Position numbers and translations under genes: made by a program. The notes under the pieces were generated by a model. It saw nothing but the letters and a program-made list of their open reading frames with translations, was not told the origin of the DNA and searched no databases. A stretch of DNA of 44,947 nt from Gemmatimonadales bacterium (GTDB lineage: Bacteria; Gemmatimonadota; Gemmatimonadetes; Gemmatimonadales; GWC2-71-9): contig JBFJHJ010000029.1 of the NCBI GenBank assembly GCA_041613315.1, positions 1 to 44,947 on the forward strand. The letters are read 5' to 3'. This document shows, piece by piece, positions 17,567-25,897 of this stretch. The first letter of the stretch is position 1; every line of letters starts with the position of its first letter.

Positions 17567-19321
17567 ATGGCCGCGCTTCGCCGCTTCGGGATCGCTGTGT
17601 TGGGGTCGACGCTCGGCCTGGCCTGTGCCGTCCCCGGTCCCCCGCCGGTCCCACCCCCCGTGGCGCCGGCCAACGCTTATATCCGGCCGGACTGGCCGCT
17701 GTTCGCGCAGACCGCGCGCGTCCTCACGCCGCACGCGATGGTGTCGTCGGTGCATCCGTTGGCCAGCGAGGTGGGCGTCGCGATCCTGAAGGCGGGCGGC
17801 AACGCCGTGGACGCCGCGGTCGCCGTCGGGTTCGCCCTCGCGGTGGTACATCCGTCCGCCGGCAACCTGGGCGGCGGTGGCTTCATGGTGATCCGGCTCG
17901 CCGACGGTACGGTCACAACCCTCGACTACCGCGAGGTGGCGCCCGCGCGCGCCACGCGAGACATGTATCTCGACGCCGAGGGCCGGCTCACCGACTTGAG
18001 CGTGACTGGACACCTCGCGGCGGGCGTGCCCGGCAGCGTCGCCGGCTTGGCCGCGGCTCAGGCCCGCTCGGGCCGGCTGCCCCTCGCGCGGGTCATGGCA
18101 CCGGCTGTGCGCCTCGCACGAGACGGCTTCCTGCTGGACGAGTATCGCAGCGAGTCCCTCGCGCGAGGGGCGCCGCGCCTCGCCAAGTTCGAGGCCTCAC
18201 GCCGGCAGTTCCTGCTGCCCAACGGTGACGCGCCGCCGCCGGGCACACGCTTCGTCCAGTCGGATCTCGCCCGCACGCTGCAGGCGATCGCCGACAGCGG
18301 ACCGGCGGTCTTCTACCGCGGCCACCTCGCCAAGCTGCTCGTCGCCGAAATGCAGCGGGGCGGAGGGATCATGACCATGGACGACCTCGCCGCCTACGAG
18401 CCCATCTGGCGCGACCCGATCACGATCGCCTACCGTGGCTACACGGTGTACTCCATGCCCCCCGCGTCGTCCGGCGGGGTGACGATGGGCGAGATCCTCA
18501 ATGTGCTCGAAGGCTTTCAGCCACTGCCGCCGTTCGGAACCGCCGAGCACGCGCATCTGTTGGCTGAAGCCATGCGCCGCGCGTTCACCGACCGCAACCA
18601 CTACCTCGGCGATCCCGCGTACGTGGACATGCCGCTCAATCAGCTCCTGTCGAAGGCGTATGCCGCCGAGCTACGTCGCGGGATCGATCTTCGCCGGGCT
18701 ACACCCAGCGCCGACGTACGTCCGGGCGCGTCGGACGGTGACGCGACCACGCACTACTCGGTCGTGGACGCACTCGGCAACGCCGTGAGTGTCACGACGA
18801 CGATCAACTCGGGTTATGGGAGTGCGGTCACGGTCGCCGGCGCGGGGTATCTCCTCAACAACGAGATGGACGACTTCACGTCGGCTCCCGGTCAGCCAAA
18901 CCAGTATGGGCTGGTTCAGGGGGAGGCGAACGCGATCGCACCGGGCAAGCGGATGCTGTCGGCGATGACGCCCTCGATCGTGCTGGATCCCACCGGCAAC
19001 CTCTTCATGGTCGTGGGGACCCCTGGCGGGCCGACCATCATCACGACGGTGACACAGGTGATCTCCAACATCGTCGATCACGGAATGGATCTCGCTCAGG
19101 CGGTGGCGGCGCCGCGGGTCCACCACCAGGCCCTGCCGGATCAGCTCTTCTACGAGCTGGGCGGGCTGTTGCCGGAGGTCGTGGAACGACTGCAGGCGAT
19201 GGGCCACACCCTCCACGAGCGCTCGGGCATGAGCGGGGAGGTCGCCGGGATCATTCGGTGGGCCGGCGCGTGGATCGGCGTGGCGGACCCGCGGTCGGGA
19301 GGGGGGTCGGCGGGGTACTGA
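17567..19321 (+). CDS. ggt: Gamma-glutamyltransferase, probable lipoprotein
   Basis: GAGGAG SD; lipobox LGLAC; GGNAVDAA, DYRE, TTHYSVVD (autocleavage Thr), LNNEMDDF, GTPGG. Confidence 0.95.
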   Translation: MAALRRFGIAVLGSTLGLACAVPGPPPVPPPVAPANAYIRPDWPLFAQTARVLTPHAMVSSVHPLASEVGVAILKAGGNAVDAAVAVGFALAVVHPSAGNLGGGGFMVIRLADGTVTTLDYREVAPARATRDMYLDAEGRLTDLSVTGHLAAGVPGSVAGLAAAQARSGRLPLARVMAPAVRLARDGFLLDEYRSESLARGAPRLAKFEASRRQFLLPNGDAPPPGTRFVQSDLARTLQAIADSGPAVFYRGHLAKLLVAEMQRGGGIMTMDDLAAYEPIWRDPITIAYRGYTVYSMPPASSGGVTMGEILNVLEGFQPLPPFGTAEHAHLLAEAMRRAFTDRNHYLGDPAYVDMPLNQLLSKAYAAELRRGIDLRRATPSADVRPGASDGDATTHYSVVDALGNAVSVTTTINSGYGSAVTVAGAGYLLNNEMDDFTSAPGQPNQYGLVQGEANAIAPGKRMLSAMTPSIVLDPTGNLFMVVGTPGGPTIITTVTQVISNIVDHGMDLAQAVAAPRVHHQALPDQLFYELGGLLPEVVERLQAMGHTLHERSGMSGEVAGIIRWAGAWIGVADPRSGGGSAGY

Positions 19322-19326
19322 AGCGC

Positions 19327-19395
19327 TCAGCGGTCAGCCGTCAGCAGTCTGCACACCGATGGCGCAGGTGGCCCGGAGTGCAGACTGCTGATGGC
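19327..19395. repeat. Heptamer-repeat hairpin between convergent genes (REP-like; possible terminator)
   Basis: TCAGCGG-TCAGCCG-TCAGCAG-TCTGCAC; 19337-19354 pairs with 19378-19395 over 18 bp (one G.U). Confidence 0.7.
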
Positions 19396-19408
19396 GATTG
19401 CCGCCGTC

Positions 19409-20185
19409 TTACGCGACCGGCCGCAGCACCAGCTCCTGGCTCAGCCGCAACCGGATGAGGCCGCCGGCCGGGAGCACAATGTCCTGATCCTTCGTGGCCG
19501 CCGCGACGCCGGCACCGGCCGCGGCTCCGACCACGCCGCCGATGACGGCACCCTTGGTGTTCTTCCCGATGATCCGACCGGCAACGGCCCCCGCCGCGGC
19601 CCCGACGCCGACTTTCGCCGCGTCGCCGCCGGTGACCCCTCGGCCTTGCGTCTCGGTACCGAGCGAATCAGACTCGGCCGCCGCGGCATAGGTGTTGCCG
19701 CCGAAGCTCACACGATTGAACGCCAGGCGTAGCGTCCCTTGCCCGCCGGGGCTGCCCGCCGGCTTGATCTCCACGATCTCACCGGTGAAGACGGCGCCCG
19801 CGGGGACGACGACCCGGCCGCGGCTGTCCCGAATGGCCTCGGCGCTGGTCGCGTACACCACGTCACCGGCCTTGTTGCGACGCGAGGTGATGGTGTCCGT
19901 TGCGGTCAACTCTAGCTCGGTGCCCGCCGCCAGTGCCAAGGGCGCCGGTGGAGTGCGGGTCGTGGGCCGGGACGGCGCCGCCGCCTGCGGCCGACTCGGC
20001 GTCGTCGAACGCTGGGACTGCGTCGTCGCCGCCTGCGGCCGGTCGTTGAGCGCCGCGACGGATTCCGCCGGAGCGAGGCTGAGGTCGCGCATCGTGGAAT
20101 CGGCCGACGCCGTGTCGCCCTCACCGCCGCCGCAGCCCCACAGGGCCACCGCGCCGAAAAGTACGACCATCGGTGAACGAAGCAT
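19409..20185 (-). CDS. Hypothetical lipoprotein, TrbI/VirB10-like beta domain with glycine-zipper hairpin
   Basis: Lipobox LWGC; Pro/Thr/Ser linker; LAAGT...VVVPAG...LAFN...IVLPAG pattern; GAAAGAVAG...GGVVGAAAG zipper; GGAGGG SD. Confidence 0.65.
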   Translation of the reverse strand: MLRSPMVVLFGAVALWGCGGGEGDTASADSTMRDLSLAPAESVAALNDRPQAATTQSQRSTTPSRPQAAAPSRPTTRTPPAPLALAAGTELELTATDTITSRRNKAGDVVYATSAEAIRDSRGRVVVPAGAVFTGEIVEIKPAGSPGGQGTLRLAFNRVSFGGNTYAAAAESDSLGTETQGRGVTGGDAAKVGVGAAAGAVAGRIIGKNTKGAVIGGVVGAAAGAGVAAATKDQDIVLPAGGLIRLRLSQELVLRPVA

Positions 20186-20447
20186 ACTCTCCCTCCAAAG
20201 ATGAATAACGGTCGCTGCTCATCGCGAGCTCGAAACAGATACCCGCGCGAGCACCGGCGCGCGGGCAATGCTCAATATAGCCGAACGTCCCCCCTCGCAC
20301 GGGGCCAGCTAATCAGGCTAGCGCAGCCGCGGCCGGCCGAATATCCTTTTGGTGCACTCTATGTTGTTCTACGGTCGCAGGTTACGACCCATTCACGATT
20401 GGACGCCGTTCCCGACCCATCCCAACGCCTCACGAGGACCGATTCCG

Positions 20448-21470
20448 ATGAAACGACAGGACCTAGACTCGACGGCGCGAGCACTTGTCGCGACCGGCAA
20501 GGGGATTCTCGCCGCCGATGAGAGCCAGCCCACCATTGCGAAGCGCTTCAAGACGATCGACTTCGAGTCCACGGAGGAGAACCGCCGCGCCTATCGCGAG
20601 ATGCTATTCACCACGAAGGGCCTGGGCGAGTTCGTGAGCGGCGTCATCCTCTTCGACGAGACCATCCGCCAAGGTACGACCGCCGGCACGCCGTTCACCG
20701 AGGTGCTCGAACGGGAAGCGATCATCCCCGGTATCAAGGTCGATCTGGGCGCGAAACCGCTGGCGGCCTTTCCCGGCGAAAAGCTCACCGAGGGACTCGA
20801 CGGTCTGCGCGATCGGCTGATCGAGTATCGGGAACTGGGAGCCCGGTTCGCCAAGTGGCGGGCGGTGATCGCCATCGGCGACGGGCTGCCGACGCGGTTC
20901 TGCATCGACGCCAACGCGCACGCGCTTGCTCGCTATGCGGCGTTGGCGCACGAGGCCGGGCTGGTCCCGATCGTCGAGCCCGAAGTCCTAATGGATGGAA
21001 ACCACCCGATCGAGCGCTGCGCGGAGGTAACCGAAGCGACGCTGGTGAGCGTCTACGTCAACCTCCACGCGCATCGCGTGCGGCTCGAGGGCACCCTGCT
21101 CAAACCGAACATGGTCCTATCAGGCAAAGACTGCCCGCAGCAGGCGGGCGTCGAACAGGTCGCGGCCTCGACGGTGCGGGTGCTCCGCCGCTCGGTCCCG
21201 TCCGCCGTCCCAGGGATCGTCTTCCTCTCGGGCGGCCAGAGCGCCGAGACCGCCACCGCGCACCTGAATGCGATGAACGCGATGGGCAGTCACCCGTGGG
21301 AACTGAGCTTCTCCTACGGCCGAGCCTTCCAGGGCCCCGCGCTCGAGGCGTGGCGGGGCCAGTTCTCGAACGTCGCCGCGGCGCAGAAGATCTTCTACCA
21401 CCGCGCCAAGTGCAACGGCGCCGCGCGGTTGGGCAAGTATTCGAAGAAGATGGAAATGGTAGCGGCCTAG
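20448..21470 (+). CDS. fba: Class I fructose-bisphosphate aldolase (glycolytic, eukaryote-type family)
   Basis: GKGILAADES, GIKVD, FAKWR, VPIVEPEV, LLKPNMV (Schiff-base Lys), FLSGGQ, FSYGRA. Confidence 0.95.
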   Translation: MKRQDLDSTARALVATGKGILAADESQPTIAKRFKTIDFESTEENRRAYREMLFTTKGLGEFVSGVILFDETIRQGTTAGTPFTEVLEREAIIPGIKVDLGAKPLAAFPGEKLTEGLDGLRDRLIEYRELGARFAKWRAVIAIGDGLPTRFCIDANAHALARYAALAHEAGLVPIVEPEVLMDGNHPIERCAEVTEATLVSVYVNLHAHRVRLEGTLLKPNMVLSGKDCPQQAGVEQVAASTVRVLRRSVPSAVPGIVFLSGGQSAETATAHLNAMNAMGSHPWELSFSYGRAFQGPALEAWRGQFSNVAAAQKIFYHRAKCNGAARLGKYSKKMEMVAA

Positions 21471-21524
21471 CGCCGTCGGCGCCGGGCGCCACGACGGACG
21501 GGCCGGGCCGTCGTGGCGCTCCGG

Positions 21525-22250
21525 TTACAGCCGCTGGCGCAGGAACTCGGGCGTGAGGGTCTGGAGCCACCCCGCCAGCAGCGTGAAGTAGCCGGTCGCG
21601 AGCAACACCCCCACCACGACGAGGATCCCGCCTGACGCTTTCGTCACCAGCGGGACGTAGCGTCGAAACCGCTGAAACCACTCGAGGAAATGCTCGACCG
21701 CCACCGCCGCGATGACGAACGGCAGGGCGAGGCCCATGGAGTAAGCGAAGAGCAGGCCCAATCCCTGCGCGAGACTCGCCTGCGCGCTGCTGAACATCAG
21801 GATCGATCCGAGAATCGGACCGATGCACGGCGTCCACCCTGCGCCGAAAGCGAGTCCCACGAGAGTGCTCCCGAGATACCCCACCGGCTTGTCCTGGAGG
21901 TGGAGGCGGCGCTCCTGCGCCAAGGCGCCCCAGCGGAAGACCCCGAGCAGATACAGGCCGAAGAGCACGATCAGCGCCCCGCCCACCCGCTCCAGCCAGA
22001 CGCGCTGTTGGTTCAGGAACAGCCCGAGCTGGGTCGCCGTGGCGCCCAGCGCCAGAAAGATCAGCGTGAAGCCCGCGATGAAGAACAGCGCGTGCGTGAG
22101 CGCCACGCGCCGCCTTGCGCCCAACTCGTCGAGCGACAGCCCCGTGATGAACGAGACATAGCTCGGCACGAGTGGGAGCACGCACGGGGAGAGGAAGCTC
22201 AACACGCCCCCCGCAAACGCCACAGCAATACCGACCGATTCGGCGCCCAT
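21525..22250 (-). CDS. ccdA: Cytochrome c biogenesis / thiol-disulfide transporter CcdA
   Basis: SFLSPCVLP and WTPCIGP motifs; about six TM segments. Confidence 0.92.
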   Translation of the reverse strand: MGAESVGIAVAFAGGVLSFLSPCVLPLVPSYVSFITGLSLDELGARRRVALTHALFFIAGFTLIFLALGATATQLGLFLNQQRVWLERVGGALIVLFGLYLLGVFRWGALAQERRLHLQDKPVGYLGSTLVGLAFGAGWTPCIGPILGSILMFSSAQASLAQGLGLLFAYSMGLALPFVIAAVAVEHFLEWFQRFRRYVPLVTKASGGILVVVGVLLATGYFTLLAGWLQTLTPEFLRQRL

Positions 22251-22274
22251 CGTCCGTTAGGGGAACGGTGCGAT

Positions 22275-23219
22275 TCAGTCTCGCGGTTCCCGCCGCTGGT
22301 AGCGCGCGTAGAACGCCACGAGCTTGTACACGAGTTTGGCGGCGAGGACATCGGGGGCCACGAGCCCCGGGATCGGGGCGAGCTCCACGACATCGCAGCC
22401 GACGACACGCCGCTCGCGAAACACACGCTCCAACAGGCGCAGCGTGGGAAACCACTGGCCGCCGCCGGGCTCGGGGGTGCCGGTGGACGGCATCAAGGCG
22501 GGGTCGAAGTAGTCGACGTCGATCGTGATGTATACCGGGTCTCTCAGCGCCGCCACGGCCCGGTCGATCCAGTCTGTGCCGTCGAGCTCGTGGGCGAAGA
22601 TAGGCGGGATCGCCTTGGCCCGCATCAGCGCCCGCTCCTCCGCCGTGAGGGACCGGATGCCGACCGGCACGAGTCGCACCCGCTCGTGCACGCGGTGCAT
22701 CACACTCGCGTGCGACAGGGGCGTTCCTTCGTAGCTGGTCCGCAGGTCGGCGTGGGCGTCGAGCTGGAGCACCGAGAGCGTTCCGTCGAGCCGGTCGGCA
22801 TGCGCCAGGATCGGCGGGCCCGTGATGCTGTGCTCGCCGCCAAGCATGATCACGAACTTGCCGGCGTCGAGCAGCCCGTCCACCACGGCACGCAACTCGC
22901 CCAGCGCAGCTTCCGGGCCGCTCCCCGACAGCAGCAGCTCCGGGAGCGTGTGGATCCCAACGGTGTACGGCTCGAAGTCCAGTTCATGGTCGTAGAGCTC
23001 GACAAAGCGCGAGGCGTGCAACAGGCCGCGGGGTCCGAAGCGCGTCCCGCCCATATACGACACCGTAGCTTCGTACGGGACGGGAAGCACGGCCACCGGC
23101 GACGCGTCGAACGGCGTCTCGCCGGCCGGTAGCCCCAGGAACGACTCGGGGGGTGCCCAGGGATGGCCAGCCAGTCCCGGCGGGAGGCGGGGCTCGCCGC
23201 GGTCGCGGAACTCGTTCAC
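22275..23219 (-). CDS. speB: Agmatinase (ureohydrolase)
   Basis: GGEHSIT, DAHADL, TIDVDYFDP, STGTPEPGG, DVVELAP; GTGA overlap with the pdaD stop. Confidence 0.92.
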   Translation of the reverse strand: MNEFRDRGEPRLPPGLAGHPWAPPESFLGLPAGETPFDASPVAVLPVPYEATVSYMGGTRFGPRGLLHASRFVELYDHELDFEPYTVGIHTLPELLLSGSGPEAALGELRAVVDGLLDAGKFVIMLGGEHSITGPPILAHADRLDGTLSVLQLDAHADLRTSYEGTPLSHASVMHRVHERVRLVPVGIRSLTAEERALMRAKAIPPIFAHELDGTDWIDRAVAALRDPVYITIDVDYFDPALMPSTGTPEPGGGQWFPTLRLLERVFRERRVVGCDVVELAPIPGLVAPDVLAAKLVYKLVAFYARYQRREPRD

Positions 23220-23776
23220 CCGCAGAACACCACGGCGCCCACCACGGTCACCCACCGCCCATCGTCCTGGGCTTCGGCGGTACAACTGATATTCATCGTT
23301 TTCACGATCTCGCCGGAGAGCAGCCACTGCTCCTTCCGCTGGTCCCAGGCCTGATCGGGATCGAACGGCACGCCCAGTACCGTGGCGAGCATGCTCGCGG
23401 CGAGATCCTCCGCGTACTCACCCGCGGGCTGCTGGCGCACGCCGAAGGCGTGATGCTCGGAGATATAGCCGTGATGCGCGGCATCGGCGGGGATCGCGAG
23501 GCCGATAGCGGCCGCCGCGAGCCGGGAGGGCTCGTTCGTGGACGCCTCGGCCACCACCGCGAAGACCACCTGCCCGGGCTGCAGGCTACGCACCCCGTGC
23601 TCCCACGAAACGAGCTCGCAATGCGGTGGCCAGATGGAACTCACCCGGACGAGGTTGAACTGCGCGATGCGGGCGTCCCGCAGGGCCAGCTCAAAGCTGG
23701 TCAGCTTTTCCTTGTGCCGCCCGACGCCCTTGGTGAGGAACGCCTTGGTCGGCATGAAGGTCTGTGGATCGATCAC
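23216..23776 (-). CDS. pdaD: Pyruvoyl-dependent arginine decarboxylase
   Basis: LTSFELALRDA, NLVRVSSI (Ser-Ser self-cleavage site), GYISEH, AEDLAASMLAT. Confidence 0.92.
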   Translation of the reverse strand: MIDPQTFMPTKAFLTKGVGRHKEKLTSFELALRDARIAQFNLVRVSSIWPPHCELVSWEHGVRSLQPGQVVFAVVAEASTNEPSRLAAAAIGLAIPADAAHHGYISEHHAFGVRQQPAGEYAEDLAASMLATVLGVPFDPDQAWDQRKEQWLLSGEIVKTMNISCTAEAQDDGRWVTVVGAVVFCG

Positions 23777-24282
23777 CGTTCCGCAGCCTCGCGTCCGGAG
23801 GTTCCCGACTCCAGCGTGACGACGTCACGCCGCTGACACGCCTGGCAATACCCGTAGATCTCCAGGCGGTGGTGGTGCGCTCGGAACCCGTACTCCTCGG
23901 CGATCAGCGCCTTCATGCGCTCGAGCCGCTCGCTCGAGAACTCCACCACCTTCCCGCACGACATGCATATCAGATGCTCGTGATGGCTCTCCGCCGCCAG
24001 CGGCTCGTAGCGCTTGAACCCTTCGCCGAACTCGTGCTCCCGCACGAGCCCCGCCTCCCGCAGGAGTTCCAAGGTCCGATACACGGTCGCCTTGCCCACC
24101 CGCACCCCGCGCGCCCGCAACCCGCGCTCGATGTCGCTCACCGAAAGATGGGACCCCGCGCAGAAGAGGATCTCCGCCACCGCCTCCCGCTGCGATGTGA
24201 CCGGCAGGTTATGGTCGCGCAGATGCCGCCGGAACACCTCCAGCAGCGCATGGCCGTCAACCTTCGGCGGCGGACTCGTCAC
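23773..24282 (-). CDS. Fur-family metalloregulator
   Basis: TSQR, ATVYRTL, HHEHLICMSCG, YGYCQAC. Confidence 0.93.
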   Translation of the reverse strand: MTSPPPKVDGHALLEVFRRHLRDHNLPVTSQREAVAEILFCAGSHLSVSDIERGLRARGVRVGKATVYRTLELLREAGLVREHEFGEGFKRYEPLAAESHHEHLICMSCGKVVEFSSERLERMKALIAEEYGFRAHHHRLEIYGYCQACQRRDVVTLESGTSGREAAER

Positions 24283-24667
24283 GGGCCTCTCCGTACCAGA
24301 GCTCGGGCGCGATCTCCACCGGCGGCTCGGCCTCGCCGGCGCGCTCCTGCACGCCGGCGATCACGTCATGGATGACCGCCGCCGGACTCTCTCCCACTTC
24401 CTCTACGACAACCTTGCCCTCTCCCCGCTCGCGCCCCCGTATCACGACCAGATAGCTCGCGGTGTAGATGCGGCGACGGTCGTCCGCCGCCCGCCGGGAC
24501 ACCACGGCCGTGCCCCACTCCCGCTCCTCGCGGCGCACGGGCGCGAACAGCCAAATCCCGTCGATCGCCGACGGCGGCATCTCCTTGGCGATCCGCTGCG
24601 CGACGCGCGTCCACCCGAGCCCCAGCCCGGGGGCCCGCGTTACACCGATCCGTGCTTCTGTTCCCAT
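24257..24667 (-). CDS. Hypothetical protein
   Basis: Globular-looking sequence (IWLFAPVRREEREWGTAVVS...IYTASY) overlapping both neighbours in a tight operon. Confidence 0.75.
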   Translation of the reverse strand: MGTEARIGVTRAPGLGLGWTRVAQRIAKEMPPSAIDGIWLFAPVRREEREWGTAVVSRRAADDRRRIYTASYLVVIRGRERGEGKVVVEEVGESPAAVIHDVIAGVQERAGEAEPPVEIAPELWYGEARDESAAEG

Positions 24668-25740
24668 CGCTCCACGTAGAGCCGGAGCACCTGCATGAAG
24701 TCCTGCGCATTGGTCACGACGCCGTACGCCTGGTGCGTGCCCCGATCCCGCAGCTTGTTCACCACGAACTCCGTCTGGTCCACGCAGATCGTCGGGAGGG
24801 GCCGGATCGCCTCACCTTCGTCCACGAACGCCGGCAGCATGTTGCCGACGGCAATGGCGTGGAGCGCCGTCGCGACGAACACAGCGAAGGTCGCCCGTCG
24901 GGTAAACTCGCGCATCGCGTCTTGCGCCACCAGGGTATCGGGCAGCACCCCGGGCAGCGGGCCGTCGTCCCGGATCGACCCGGCCAGGACGTAGGGGATC
25001 CCGCGGCGCACGAGCGCATGCATGATCCCGTTCGTGACCATGCCGGCCTCCACCGCCCGCTCGATGGAGCCGGCGCGATGGATCTGGTTGATCGTGCGCA
25101 TGTGGAGGCTGTGCCCATGGTCGGCCGCCTCCCCGCTCGCGGTCATTCCAAGCGTCGTGCCATAGATCGCCGCCTCGAGGTCGTGCACCGCGATGGCGTT
25201 CCCCCCGAGGAAGGCCTGCACGTAACCACGCTCGATGAACCAGATGAGGTTCTCGCGCGCCCGTGAGTGTACCAGCGCCGGTCCCGCCACCCAGAGGATC
25301 CGCCCGCCCCGATCGCGCTCGTCACCGAGGAGCCGGGCTAGCACCTCGTAGTCCACCGGCCGCTCGCGACTCACCTCCGTACCCATGAACCGGAATTCGT
25401 TCGCGCTGTGGGCGCCGGCGAGAAACCCCACCGTGTGCACGTAGATGCCGCCGCTCCCGTCCTCCGCTTCCCCCATCGCGACGGAATCGCCGGCCTGCAC
25501 GCGACGCGGCTCTTTCACGCTCAGCGCACCCGACCCCTGGAGCACGATCACGCCGTCCATTCGCGGCGCCTCCGGGCGCCGCCACCGACCCTGCACGCGG
25601 ACATACGTCGGCAGGTTCGTCGTCGCGAAAAAATTCTCGGGAAGCACACCGTCGGCCGGCGCCGGCTCAAAGACCGCATCCGGTGCGTCGCGCAGCGGCG
25701 GCCCGTCGAAATCCGGCGGCCGGTAGGAGGGAGGTCGCAT
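24640..25740 (-). CDS. TIGR00300-family protein (LOR/SDH-like, ArgZ/AgrE C-terminal region), putative ornithine cyclodeaminase
   Basis: FFATTNLPT, RMDG, FRFMGTEVSRERP, GGNAIAVHD, VLAGSIRDDGPLP, LHAIAVGN, KLRDRG. Confidence 0.8.
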   Translation of the reverse strand: MRPPSYRPPDFDGPPLRDAPDAVFEPAPADGVLPENFFATTNLPTYVRVQGRWRRPEAPRMDGVIVLQGSGALSVKEPRRVQAGDSVAMGEAEDGSGGIYVHTVGFLAGAHSANEFRFMGTEVSRERPVDYEVLARLLGDERDRGGRILWVAGPALVHSRARENLIWFIERGYVQAFLGGNAIAVHDLEAAIYGTTLGMTASGEAADHGHSLHMRTINQIHRAGSIERAVEAGMVTNGIMHALVRRGIPYVLAGSIRDDGPLPGVLPDTLVAQDAMREFTRRATFAVFVATALHAIAVGNMLPAFVDEGEAIRPLPTICVDQTEFVVNKLRDRGTHQAYGVVTNAQDFMQVLRLYVERWEQKHGSV

Positions 25741-25750
25741 GGCGTGGCGG

Positions 25751-25779
25751 AAGATACCGGAGGCCGGGGATCGCGGCAA
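25751..25779 (-). promoter_or_regulatory. Putative sigma70 promoter of the arginine/polyamine operon (near-leaderless)
   Basis: Minus strand TTGCCG-N17-TATCTT, 10 nt before ATG 25740. Confidence 0.5.
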
Positions 25780-25897
25780 TTCGGTTCGCCGCACGGCCGC
25801 GACGCGTCCACCGGTTCGCCGTCGCCACCACCCCACCGCGCGGGACGTCAACCTGACACCCGCCCGCTCGCACCCGGGAGGCGGCCGCCGCACACGG

